Notes under the pieces: model-generated
What the model saw: the letters and a program-made list of their open reading frames with translations, nothing else
The model's database searches: none
What the model was told of the DNA's origin: nothing
DNA from: Octopus vulgaris
Taxonomy: Eukaryota
DNA: 64,000 nt
Assembly (NCBI GenBank): GCA_951406725.2
Contig: OX597824.1
Location: forward strand, 43,772,001 to 43,836,000
Direction of reading: 5' to 3'
Program-made: the position numbers and the translations under genes
Shown: one piece after another, positions 54,801 through 64,000 of the stretch
Layout: every line of letters begins with the position of its first letter
Numbering within the stretch: position 1 is the first letter of the stretch

Positions 54801-57800
54801 TGCCTCCTCTCCCACTTTGTCTCCCCAAGATCACTTCTTCAGCTCACCTCTTGATGTAGCTGCATGCCAAACAGCCATCCTGCAACAGGATATTGTCCTA
54901 CCTGTTTCCCACATATTGAGAACAGATCTCACCTATGTCCTTGCTCAGGTCTGGAATCTCATTTTCTCTCTAGAACACAAGCCTGCCCACTTTATCTCTT
55001 TAGAGTTGAGCCCCAGTGCAGTGCTTCCTCCTATAACCTCAGGTCAAATGACCCATAATTTCCTCTGCCAATGCCACACTCTCATCTACCAGAATGTCAT
55101 CTGTGTAAGAACTAGTAGCCTGCTCCACCTTGGCTACCTTCTCCAAGATCACCTTGAGAAGTATCGACATGATTTTCAATGTTGAACTCATATGGAATCT
55201 TTACCAAGCCAAACAGTATGTTCTACCCTTGTACTTCACCAGCTGGTACCTCCATAATTTCTTAGACATGTAGAGCTGCGGATGTGCCCCCTTAAGACCA
55301 ATGATTGTAGTTGCCCCTGTCCTATGCCTCCATTCCTGCAAAGTTTCCCCATAGACATCCACTGCTTCACCAACTGTATGGCATGACGCATGCTCATTCA
55401 ACTCTCAAAAATCTAGCACTGATCAGACTTTGTTCTTTGTTGCATGGGCTACAGCCATCATTTGTTGCACACCACTTCCCCTTTCCACAGTATTAAAATC
55501 ATCATCATTATCATCATCATCATTTAACAGCCATTAAATGATGGCATGGGTTTGACAGCTTGACAGGAGCTGGTAAGGCCAGGGACTACACAAGATTCCT
55601 TAGTCTGTCTTTGTTTGGTTTCTACAGCTGGACACCCTTCCTAACACCAACCACTTTACAGAGTGTACTGGGTGCTTTTTATGTAGCACCAACACCAATG
55701 CTTTTTACATGGCACCTTGATTTTAGGATATGAATTCTGTTGTGGTGGGCAGGTCTTCTTGAATACAGTAATGTGCCACATATCTCAGTCCTCTGTCATT
55801 TTCATAAGGTTCAACGTTTTGAAATTGGCCTTCAATATTTCATCCCATGTTTTCCTAGGTCTCCCTCTTCCACAACTACCCTCCACTTTAAGTGGTCAGT
55901 ACTGCTTTATGCAACTGTTATCACTCATCTGCATGACATGATCAAAGCAGCACAGTATCTTCTCTTGCACATTGCATGTAATTCTTCTTACGCCTAACTT
56001 TTCTCTTAATACATTAGCATTCTGTCACACATACACACTGACATTGCACATCCAGTGGAACATACCAGCCTTGTTTCTCTCTAATCTTCACATATCCACT
56101 GCATTCAAGGTTCATGTCTCACTACCATGTAGCATTGCAGTACACATGCATCATATAATCTTCCTTTCACCTGGAGAGAGGGTGACCTTTGGTTACCAAC
56201 AGAGGTAAAAGCTCTCTGAACTTTCTGCATTATATTCTAGAAATTATACTTTCTGCACAACCTTCTCCACTACTAATTAGGTCACCTAAGTAGCAGAAAT
56301 TATCTACAACTTCTTGAGAGCCTCCAGGATATTTGAGAAAATCAGTTTCTAGTGTATCAGTAGTCTTTATGGTTCTTGTACATTTACCACATACTTTCTT
56401 TGTTAATCTCCTTGCTGTTCCATTGCACCTCTTGCGTATCCATAGCTTTCACTGAGTATGCCAAATGGAATTTCTGCCTACACTTTTCCTACATAGTGAC
56501 TGAAGCCATTTACCTGAAGCGGGAAGAGTCCTGTTCGAATTCTTTGTGACTTTGCTAAGTTAACTTTAAGACCCTTTGATTCCAGCTTTTATTTCCACGC
56601 CTGGAATTTCTTTTCTAATTCTGTTACAGATTCTGCTTTGAGGGCAAGGTCATCAACATATAGTTCCCATGGGCTTCCAGCTTAAAATTCCTCTGTTATG
56701 CCTGGAGGAGGAGGATAAATAGGAGGGGCTGATGACTGAGCCTTGTGAACACATACCTGTACACTAAATTTATCACTGTACCTGTGTTTATCTCTTACTT
56801 TACTAACAGCATACCTGTACATGGCTTCTTCTGCTTTCACAAGCCATTCGTCTACCCTTAGCTTCCTCAGAGACCACCATAAATGCAGAGCCAAGTACTC
56901 TGTTGAAGATTTTCTCTAGATCAACAAATGCCAAATACAAAGGCTTGTTCTTAGCTAAATACTTCTCTTGCAGTTGCCTAACTATGAAAATAGCATCAGT
57001 TGTACTTCTCCTTGGAACAAAGTCAAACTGCATTTCATTTAGGCTAATTCTGTTCCTAATTAATTGGGCTGCAACTCTCTCCACAACTTCCATCACCTGG
57101 TCCAGCAATTTGATGCCTCTATAATTACTTCTATCCAAGACATCTCCCTTGCCCTTGTAGCAGCTAACTATGATGCTGCTACACCAGTCACTGAGGATTC
57201 CACTTTCATGAATAACGTGATCAACTATACAGGTGACTAGATTGTATCCAACACCACCAGATATATGGCTCCACTATACTGATGTCTCTGCACCTAATCT
57301 CTCTCTATTCCACTGTACTCAGGCTGCTTTTTCCACTCCAGCTTTCTATCATTTTCAAGGTCAACAGGGTTGTTGTGCAACCCCTATTGACAAAGGCTTG
57401 CCCCCACTAGAACTCTTATTATAGTTAGTGAATGTAGGTGCACCTCTAATTGGTTGTCATGCAGCTACTAGTGCAGAAGCCCCTCACCTTCTCCTTTATC
57501 TGTTTCCCTATTTGCAATAGCTCACTATGTGCCCAGGCTGGACATCTGTAACATACCACTTCAGATTTTGGTTCCTTACAATCTCTGAGCATGTTCAGAC
57601 CCTGACACATAAGACATGGTCCTTTAAACTTCCACCTTGCCTCTCCCGCCATACTCCCGATCTCACTATTTGCCACCTGCCTCTTCATCCTACAAGTCTC
57701 TGCCATCACCATTGCCACATCATATATGTATCAACTCTCATGTCTTATCTACTGAATCACCCACTGATATTGTGTTGATGCCCAGCAGCTGCTGCAACTT

Positions 57801-60800
57801 CAGGGAGATATGGTCAGGGAATCCAGTTGCAAAAGCCAACTTCACAATTCTCTCCATCACTTCAATGGTAAACCCTTCCAGCCCTGTCAGTCACCTTGTC
57901 TCATTCATGTGGTCATCTACTTGCTCACCTGTTCATTTCACTCTCCCCAGCATGCTGTATGCTTTAAAGGCTCCTTCTGTACATACATCTTTCAGTTGCT
58001 CTTTCAATCTTTTTGACCTTTAGCTGATGTGTTTTATCCATATTTAAATACAAATTTAGAGCGCTTCCTTTTAAGTACAATGGCATAAGACTAGCTATGC
58101 ATAGTATGCTCTGCAGCTTCATAAGCTTCACTATTTTGATCCAGGCCACCATGTCATCTTTGTTGGAAAACAATCTCAAAATGTTATTACTGATCCTTAT
58201 CATTATGTTATTATATACCTACAAAAATAATTATACTCAATTTGTTTCAGTTTTCTTAACTGAAAGAAAGGATACAGCTTTCTCTATCCTTAAAATAGCA
58301 TTCAACTACAAAATTTCTCAGTAAATATTTCTAAAAGTCTAAACTTCTAGATTCATCCAATACATGCTAAAGCAAATTGTAAGTTAGGTAAAGCAAAGCA
58401 TTTTTCTCAAAGAAATTCAGTAACATATCTATCCTCTCTACTCTCTCGAAGTTTTTGAAAAGTTAATATACTAGAGACTACAGTCATTTCTCAGTCTTAA
58501 CAAAATGCTATCAAATCACCATTTTGGCTTTAGGGAAAACTTAAGCACTGCTGATGCAATCCTTGAATTTCTAGATCATGCCTACAGTTCACTAAACATC
58601 TCTAAATATTTCCTTGCACTTTACTTAAATATCAATAAAGTGTTTGATTCTGTACATTCAGATATATTGTTGGCCAAACTCGAGCATATAGGAATATGTG
58701 GAGTTCCTAACAATTGGTTTAGATCACACCTCTCACAGTGTAAACAGTATGTTTCTATTGAATCATCAAAATCACCAGGGATCCATACTGGAACCATTGC
58801 TGTTCCTTATCTATATAAATGATATGTGCAATTCTACTGATTTATTAAATTTTCAAACTTTTGCTGATGACTCTACTATTTTTATTAGTCACAAGGACCT
58901 TCCCTCCCTATTCAATGCAATTAGTTCAGAACTGGACAAGGTTTATCAATGGCTTATCGCTTATCGGCTTACCCTTAATATAAAAAAGACCTGCTACATG
59001 CTTTTCTCCACAAAGCCCAAACAGCTACTTCCTAATATCTGCATTGCAGGTAAAGTAATTTCACATCTAACAACAAAATTTCTCGGCATTCATAATGATG
59101 AGTCTCTCAGTTTCAAAACACATATAATTTATTAATACAAAATTCTCATACTCTTGGTATGTTAAATAGAATTTCTTACCTTCTTCCTGAAAATGTTAGA
59201 ATCACTATTTATTATTCTTTAATATACTCAAAATTCTCTTACTGTGTTGCTGCCTAAGGAAATTACAAAGTTCACTTACTCAACCATGCTATTCATAAAT
59301 CATGGAAGACTCTCAAAATAAACAATCCTCAATCAAAATTACTTTTGCCTAATAATATATATATATATATATACATACAACTCAGCCATCAAGTTCCACA
59401 AAATATTTCATCATCACCGCCATACATATTTCTTTGAAATAATCCCTTGCCATTCTCTCTCTCATAACTACCAAAGAAGAGGTATCACTGACTTGAATTT
59501 TGAAACACCCTTTTGTTGAGTATCAATTTGTCAAAAAACCCTTTATTTATGATAGTATTAACATGTGGAATAATTTCTTACCACGAAAGCTAAAAATCAT
59601 TAAAAGTCCACCTTCTACTGAACCAAACTCATTTATAAACTTTATTTTATAGACCTATAGTATTTATAACATTTGTAATATTTTATATTTCTAGACTTAA
59701 AGAGATTTACTTTTCATATACACTTTTGACCACCATGCTTGCATGCAAGGGATGTTTCTTTTTTTTTATATATATAATTATTGACCTATTTTTTATTTTT
59801 TAAACTTCTACCAACTTGCCCAAATCAGTAAAGCTGCCAAAGGGCTTAATCCAATTTTTTATGTAATTTCTGAAAAAAATATTCGATGTAAATTGGATTA
59901 ATAAATCTATTTATTTATTTATTTAAATAAATAAACACTTTGCAGGAAAAACAAATTAATACTTCCAAATTATTAAGATTTAGTTTTATGGAATTTCTTT
60001 ATACCAAGCTCTACTTGAAACAAATAAAAATTGCTTTGTTCTTTAACTTCTTCAGAAGGGATCAAAGAGAAAGAGAAAGATGAAAAAGACGGTATAGATG
60101 CTGCTGATGGAGACAGAAAGGTAATCCACTTGGTATTTTAAGAATTATTATTATTTATCTACTTTTATCTGTTTAATCCTCAATTGCAAATTAAGGCAAT
60201 GCCCAAGATCCAATTTTTTCATGTTAAATTTTAGCCTTGATAGCTTATTACATGGCCTTATTACATTCTGATTACATGGCCTAGCCATCTGAACCACTCA
60301 CTAGACCACACTAATGTAACTAGTTGTGGATTACAGCTTCTCATTTGATAGAAGATGAGGCGGATTTTCCTCAGATTCCCATTGTAAAAAGTACTAATCA
60401 TATTCATGTTTCATTTTACTACTTACCAGCATAAATTAAATTTTTTTAGCCTTGTCAAATGACTAATTTAGACATGTACTTATCAAAATGCATAATTGTT
60501 AGTCAATTATTCTTGTTTAACAAATCAAAACAAAGTTGTTAGTCTTATTTGGAAAATCTTCCAATCAAACTAGATGGTGAAAGTTTTCCAGAAAATTAAT
60601 TCATGTTTGTGTATAATAAATATTTTAAAGAAAATTATGCACCCTTGCCTTCTTTGGAGGAGGTGAGTCACGGTGCTTCCACTGCATTGACTGGGCTTTG
60701 GTCTCTGGATCATAGTGATGGACCCAGGTTTCATCCTGTGTAATCAATCTTTTGAAAAATGTTGACTCATCTTCTTGGCACATCTCCAAATTCATCCTCG

Positions 60801-61438
60801 AGCACTCAACGCGTTCTTGCTTCTGGAAAGGTGTGAGCAACCTGGGAATCCATCTGGCAGACACCTTTTGCATATGCAAATGGTCATGAATGATAGTTTC
60901 CACAGACCTGGTACTAATCTTGACCTCATGGGCTATTTGGCGAATAGTTATGCGTCGATCTTCCAAAATGGCAGCCTCAACTTGATGGACAGATGCCTCA
61001 TCAATGGCAGAAGGGGGGGCGACCAGATCTGGGAGCTGATTCCACAGAGTTCCGACCATGTTTGAATTCACGATGCCAGCATTTTACAAGGTCATATGAT
61101 GGGGCATCATCATTATAAGTTACTTTCATTTCATCAAAAGTCTCCCGTGGTGTGCGTCCTTTCAAATACAAAAACCGGATCACTGCTCGACACTCAACAG
61201 GCTCCATTTCACACTTGACTCAGTTCAAACACCTGTAAATCAGAAAACACAATTAGTTCAGAGCTGTAATTTGCCACTTAATCTATAGAGATATAAATAA
61301 TTGCACATGCAAAATTTCAGCTAGATCAAACAACTGCAAGTGGGTCAGGGGCATTACTTATTGAACGTCCCTCGTAAAAATATCAATGCATTTCTTCCTC
61401 ACTTTCATCCAACTATTATTCATTAATTTATGCATATA

Positions 61439-61491
<53 letters not shown>

Positions 61492-61856
61492 CTCATTTGT
61501 AGCTCTCCGAATCATCAACTAGACTTGCGAGTGAAGCAGGAGAATTAAAAAGTCCAGTAGGGTCACACGCCAGTTCCAGCCTGACATCATTGTCAGAAGG
61601 AGGTGAAGAAGACAACCTCAAAGTGCAAGTGGAAGGCGAACCAGAAATTAATGAAGTTGATATTGTCTATGTGAAAACCCCTGATGACTGCTTGTGCCAA
61701 TTTTGCATAAAACATTGCAACTGCTGGAATTATTTCCAGCACACAAAATTTGGTCAAGCATGGTGGAAACTTAGGTGTTTAATGTACAGAATTGTGGAGC
61801 ATAAATACTTCGAGACGTTCATCATAACTATGATTTTGGCAAGCAGTTTAGCTTTA
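9144..61856 (+). CDS. Nav1: Voltage-gated sodium channel alpha subunit (para/Nav1 type), partial: 9 exons from the I-II linker to DIII-S1; the gene continues beyond both window ends
   Basis: The spliced exons read in one frame (2166 nt). They contain SLSLPGSPF and VVDMKDVMVL (para-like I-II linker), DII S4 [14 protein letters not shown], the DII P-loop [14 protein letters not shown]6 [18 protein letters not shown] and DIII-S1 [19 protein letters not shown]. Confidence 0.97.
10533..11798 (+). mobile_element. Full-length but inactive mariner (mellifera-like) transposon
   Basis: About 30-bp imperfect TIRs (ttgggttggtcaaaaagtctgttcagttttt / aaaaactgaatggacattttaaccaacccaa) with TA on both sides. 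Transposase remnants [21 protein letters not shown] and [13 protein letters not shown], with stops, frameshifts and catalytic Asp residues lost. Confidence 0.93.
11830..12247 (-). mobile_element. tRNA-derived SINE; same family at about 20165-20285(-), 20801-21190(+), 23330-23480(-) and 34530-34660(-)
   Basis: The minus strand reads gtgtggtaagaagcttgc...gggttcagtccc (A/B boxes)...gggcaagtgtcttctactatagcc, and this recurs in the window. Confidence 0.7.
12348..13609. repeat. Long imperfect inverted repeat (arms about 12348-12940 and 13008-13609, loop about 67 nt)
   Basis: The arms align as reverse complements along their length, e.g. gcacccacacatattaaag vs ctttaatatgtgtgggtgc and tttgtgagtaacacatgcaaaa vs ttttgcatgtgttactaacaaa. 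Confidence 0.92.
21734..22800 (-). repeat. Two tandem diverged copies (about 21734-22207 and 22270-22800) of a retroelement-like repeat, separated and flanked by (ATT)n tracts
   Basis: Shared gagtgagaga...catcaaagtgacact...ctcaaaaggtccct...gggacatgctcaactggttaaggtcaa; strand inferred from the (AAT)n tail position. Confidence 0.75.
22801..23001. repeat. Compound (ATT)/(GTT)/(CAT) trinucleotide microsatellite; a similar tract is at 27860-28002
   Basis: Read directly; source of spurious poly-N/I/L ORFs. Confidence 0.95.
23540..24530 (-). mobile_element. Degenerate RTE 3' fragments
   Basis: Similar to RTE 3' UTR (ggatgcccttcctaatgccaaccac) and ORF end (acttcatcccatgtcttcct) seen at 40100 and 40580. 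Confidence 0.55.
24541..25060 (-). mobile_element. Mariner 3' half (DD34D catalytic region, decayed)
   Basis: [49 protein letters not shown]; TIR-like tgaaggtcagctgaaaagttc next to TA at about 24540. Confidence 0.85.
25760..27680 (+). mobile_element. Decayed L1/Tx1-clade LINE ORF2 (RT) fragment
   Basis: [12 protein letters not shown] (KSPGxDG), [24 protein letters not shown] (YADD) and AKINLNKS motifs, with many stops. Confidence 0.75.
28479..28590 (+). CDS. Nav1: Nav exon, I-II linker ([37 protein letters not shown]), phase 0-1
   Basis: Acceptor taatcttttag, donor AAGG|gtaagt; NPF...VVDMK matches the insect para linker. Not in the ORF track because it is short. Confidence 0.93.
29273..29397. 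repeat. Perfect 34-bp inverted repeat with 57-nt loop
   Basis: tatatatttagtgagggaagaaatggagctgaac / gttcagctccatttcttccctcactaaatatata. Confidence 0.93.
29620..30581 (+). mobile_element. Internally deleted Tc1/mariner-superfamily element, maT (DD37D)-like
   Basis: [30 protein letters not shown] and DYYVWG; right end accacaccctg followed by TA. Confidence 0.75.
30611..31448. mobile_element. Possible non-autonomous DNA transposon inserted in a (TA)n tract
   Basis: Short imperfect termini cagtggcaactcc / ggagttgcctcag, with TA repeats on both sides; no ORF. Confidence 0.35.
31762..31812 (+). CDS. Nav1: Nav 51-nt exon ([17 protein letters not shown]), phase 1-1
   Basis: Acceptor tcctatttcag, donor TCAA|gtaagt; completes VVDMK-DVMVL as in para (DVMVLNDIIEQAAGR). 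Confidence 0.93.
33342..33560 (+). mobile_element. tRNA-derived SINE with Nin/Deu-like central domain and (ATT)n tail; copies at about 23003-23200, 25391-25600, 37122-37345 and 37377-37570
   Basis: ggcagtgagctagcagaa...gagttcaaattcc (box B)...tttgcctttcatcctttcagggttaataaattaagcaccagt recurs; the Nin-domain assignment is from recall of its consensus. Confidence 0.75.
35803..35862. repeat. 20-bp minisatellite, 3 copies (gtcaatgaataaatatacaa)
   Basis: Read directly. Confidence 0.85.
36598..36869 (+). CDS. Nav1: Nav exon, end of I-II linker plus DII-S1 (alternative acceptor at 36628), phase 1-0
   Basis: [30 protein letters not shown]; two identical acceptors tttacttgcag 30 nt apart; donor TAT|gtaagt. 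Confidence 0.95.
37947..38120 (+). CDS. Nav1: Nav exon, DII S2-S3 and start of S4 ([17 protein letters not shown]...WNIFDSFIV...LSVLRSFRL), phase 0-0
   Basis: Acceptor ttttccag, donor TTA|gtgagt; 58 codons translated by hand. Confidence 0.96.
38327..38674 (+). CDS. Nav1: Nav exon, DII S4-S5, P-loop (selectivity-filter E) and start of S6, phase 0-0
   Basis: [14 protein letters not shown]...[13 protein letters not shown]...IGNLV; acceptor ttctattgcag, donor GTA|gtaagt. Confidence 0.97.
39061..39456. repeat. Diverged tandem duplication with 193-bp period
   Basis: Copies start with ttgttgta at 39061 and 39254, and a partial copy at 39447; internal blocks align (e.g. ttatttcaaaccagttctaaaaaa). 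Confidence 0.9.
39982..42155 (-). mobile_element. 5'-truncated RTE-clade LINE (RT plus C-terminus), (GAT)n tail
   Basis: [60 protein letters not shown] and WYGHVARM; frameshifted. Confidence 0.93.
42492..44007 (-). mobile_element. Second truncated RTE LINE copy
   Basis: [13 protein letters not shown] and [13 protein letters not shown]; nucleotide similarity to 39982-42155. Confidence 0.9.
44196..50433 (-). mobile_element. Decayed Gypsy (Mag-like) LTR retrotransposon with both LTRs; 5' LTR split by a nested LINE
   Basis: LTRs at about 44196-44433 and 48487-48661 + 50330-50433; PBS TGGTGACGAGG at 48474-48484 (tRNA-Ser-like). Gag zinc knuckle [14 protein letters not shown], protease [31 protein letters not shown], RNase [12 protein letters not shown] and integrase VSDNGTQF, in Gypsy order. 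Confidence 0.93.
48662..50329 (-). mobile_element. Non-autonomous L1/Tx1-like element with ORF1 (gag-like) only
   Basis: 21-bp TSD aacttcactcaactcc(g/a)aact at 48641-48661 and 50330-50350. ORF1-like [11 protein letters not shown] and a decayed knuckle [16 protein letters not shown]; 3' AATAAA; no RT recognised. Confidence 0.78.
51649..51967 (+). CDS. Nav1: Nav exon, end of DII-S6 and start of II-III linker, phase 0-1
   Basis: [18 protein letters not shown]...[13 protein letters not shown]; acceptor acttccag, donor CAAG|gtaggt. Confidence 0.96.
52542..52592. repeat. 51-bp near-perfect palindrome (25-bp arms, one mismatch)
   Basis: aactattctccaCctcatttcattt-a-aaatgaaatgagAtggagaatagtt. Confidence 0.93.
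53300..58190 (-). mobile_element. Second, heavily decayed Gypsy-like LTR element, interrupted by an RTE LINE
   Basis: Gag-like [11 protein letters not shown]...PLYLKGSA; knuckles CLMCQG / CYRC; RT-like [11 protein letters not shown]...[16 protein letters not shown]; NKADALTRV and HMGVDRTL (integrase N-terminal region). LTRs not identified. Confidence 0.7.
55498..57264 (-). mobile_element. Third truncated RTE LINE copy, nested in the Gypsy remnant
   Basis: [28 protein letters not shown]; (GAT)n tail at about 55498-55522. Confidence 0.88.
58330..59925 (+). mobile_element. Decayed CR1/L2-group (Crack-like) LINE 3' portion
   Basis: [55 protein letters not shown]; ends in aataaa followed by (ATTT)n. 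Confidence 0.85.
60056..60120 (+). CDS. Nav1: Nav 65-nt exon, II-III linker ([22 protein letters not shown]), phase 1-0
   Basis: Acceptor aacttcttcag, donor AAG|gtaatc; supplies the phase change needed between the phase-1 donor at 51967 and the phase-0 acceptor at 61503. Confidence 0.85.
60638..61374 (-). mobile_element. Mariner (irritans-like) 5' half, 3'-truncated
   Basis: TIR cgagggacgttcaataagtaatgc next to TA; transposase RAVIRFL...RSGRP / WIPRLLT / [14 protein letters not shown], with one frameshift. Confidence 0.9.
61503..61856 (+). CDS. Nav1: Nav exon, II-III linker end and DIII-S1, phase 0-0
   Basis: PDDC...WWKLR...[21 protein letters not shown]; long T-tract acceptor ending ttgtag, donor TTA|gtaagt. 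Confidence 0.96.
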
Positions 61857-62326
61857 GTAAGTTGATATCACTTTTGACATACGGAAGAGCTTTTATTTTA
61901 TTTCATATTCCATTAATTATAGCATTGGGGATAACTGTACATGCAGCACAGTTTCAGCACTTTATTAGAAATACTTTACTTCACAACACTTGTATTTTTG
62001 GAAAATGCTTACACACAAAAATTTCTAACTACACATTCTCTATATTTTGTTTGCCTTGAGAAACTTGCTTGCTGAATATTATCATCTGCTTGTGCCAATT
62101 TATGTTTTAATCTGTTCCCCCAACAAATTATTTTCCTCCACTTGCATCATTATTCTAATTCATTTTTAAAAAGTCATACAAATTCCAACAAGGAAATGAA
62201 AATATTTCTTTTCTCTTCTCTAAATTATTTTATTTCTCCCTCTATTTTTCAATTATTCTAAAATTTTGAAAATATATGTATGCAGTTATGTAAGAGGAGT
62301 GGTGTATTTGTGTGTGTGTGTGTGTA

Positions 62327-62972
62327 CGAAGGGAAGTCAAAAATTATCTGCACTTTTACCATAACATAACTTTATTATTGTCACACTGCCTTCTGTGCAT
62401 GCATGCTTATAGTTGGTACTATAGTTGTCACATGATCGAAGTTTGAGCCTGATTGCAGCATTTTCCATTTCTGGCTTTACAGTGTAAGCATGGCCGTTCC
62501 ACTAGCATTGTGCACCAATGAAGAACAAAGAGCAGTGATCCGAGAGATAGTAATGGTGAACTGGTTCACCATTACCATCTCTCAAGCTTGCAGAATCTTC
62601 TCATCAGTGGTGGAGGTTGATATGTATCCTGTTCCAACCACTTTTAAACTTCTCAATCTACTCATACACATTTCTATGTGGTAGTGCACTGTCCCCATAT
62701 TTTGCTAAAACTCTCCAATAAATTTCAGCACTTGATACACCTTCTGACCAGAAAAATTGGATCACTGCTCTTTGTTCTTTTTTGGTGCACATTGCTAGTG
62801 GAGCAGCCATGCTTACACTGTAAAGCCAGAAAGAAAAATGGCACAATCAGGCTCAGACTTCGATCATGTGACCACAGTAGTACCAACTATAAGCACGCAT
62901 GCACAAAAGGCAGTGTGACAATAAAAAAGATATGTTAAAGCGAAAGTGCAGATAATTTTTTACTTCTCCTCA
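62327..62972. mobile_element. Mariner-derived foldback/MITE with about 215-bp inverted arms
   Basis: Arms 62327-62541 and 62759-62972 are reverse complements, each holding the TIR, 5' UTR and transposase start (MAVPLALCTNEEQRAVI / MAAPLAMCTKKEQRAVI); TA on both flanks. Confidence 0.9.
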
Positions 62973-63513
62973 TATATATATGTATGTATGCAATTGTATC
63001 ATTATTATCATATTATTCTAAATTTACTGGTTGTTTGATATTGATATGCTTGTTTTAATGCACACACTTATCACTTTGCAATCATGGGATTCCAAATTCA
63101 ATTTAATTACACTCCATCATGGTTTGTGTCTTCTGTCATTTCCTTGGGTTAAATAAAAAACCCAATTGTGTCACAATATATTCTAAGTGGCTGAATATTA
63201 CACAGACACCATTTGAAATCTTCAGGCAAAAATCAGATTTTTTCACCACCACTTGACAAATATGAGCATTATGTTTTGCTAAAAAGGTCTGAAAAAACAT
63301 GAGATAAAACATATGCAGAGTTATCTCCCATTCTTGCTAAAATACTATCTTATCCTCAGCACATAAGAATTTCTTTTTACACTTTTGCTTCTCAATACAC
63401 TTAATATGTTAACTACAATTCAATGATTATGCAGTTCAGTTCACTGAATAACTGGAATACTAACCATTGAAACTAACAGAGTATTCTTGTACTTTTACTT
63501 ACATAAATACATA

Positions 63514-63544
<31 letters not shown>

Positions 63545-64000
63545 AGAACATATGCCATATTTTGCTGCATGGAAGATATGCTTTTTTCTTTTTAGAAAAT
63601 GCCTTGAAAATTATTATGCTTCTTTTACAGTGCTAATTGAGTTGTTGTCATTGTGTTCTTGGGTTAATTAATATTAGAACCTTACAAAGTCTGTTATTTC
63701 ATTACTTACCAATTGCATGTATTTTTTATACTATAAAACATTTGATTCAACTAATATTGTTGCTGTAAATACAATTACACTTACTCCCATAAATAAGAAA
63801 AAATAGGTTTATTAAACTTTTCTGTCACTGCACTGCCCTTGCTGCTGTGCTGTTTGTTTACTAATGGCAATGGTGTGGCAGTGCCATTTATTGAGAAATT
63901 TCAAAAGGTTGGCATCTCATCTCAATGAACAAGAATCTGTTGTTTATTCACACTTGAATATATAGAACTTAGTTCATTCACTGCCAGGTCTTCATTGGTG

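Noticed and set aside
61521-61545. RLASEAGE as a possible ankyrin anchor motif in the II-III linker
   Set aside because: It does not match the chordate (V/A)PIAxxESD consensus.
1-64000. CRISPR array, operon or other prokaryote-type system
   Set aside because: There is no repeat-spacer array or gene-dense region; the window is intron-exon eukaryotic DNA.

Overview
AT-rich, microsatellite-laden eukaryotic genomic DNA; the repeat families and the channel sequence suggest a coleoid cephalopod, probably an octopus (inference). The window lies inside one large + strand gene, a para/Nav1-type voltage-gated sodium channel alpha subunit. Nine coding exons can be read with GT-AG boundaries and consistent phases: 9144-9614, 28479-28590, 31762-31812, 36598/36628-36869, 37947-38120, 38327-38674, 51649-51967, 60056-60120 and 61503-61856. 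Together they give 2166 nt = 722 codons (712 with the downstream acceptor), covering the I-II linker, all of domain II, the II-III linker and DIII-S1. The introns are packed with decayed transposons: mariner/maT, RTE, Tx1, L2/Crack and R4/Dong-like LINEs, two Gypsy elements and tRNA-derived SINEs. The most notable observations are: a 30-nt tandem duplication of a splice acceptor giving an in-frame 10-aa alternative; several long or perfect intronic inverted repeats (candidate ADAR/dsRNA structures, one pair bracketing an exon); charge changes in the DII outer pore; an ORF1-only LINE with a 21-bp TSD splitting a Gypsy LTR; a PHD finger inside an RTE ORF; and a degenerate hammerhead-like motif. 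I found no evidence for a wholly new multi-gene system. TE family calls rest on motif recognition, not database searches, and TE boundaries are approximate.
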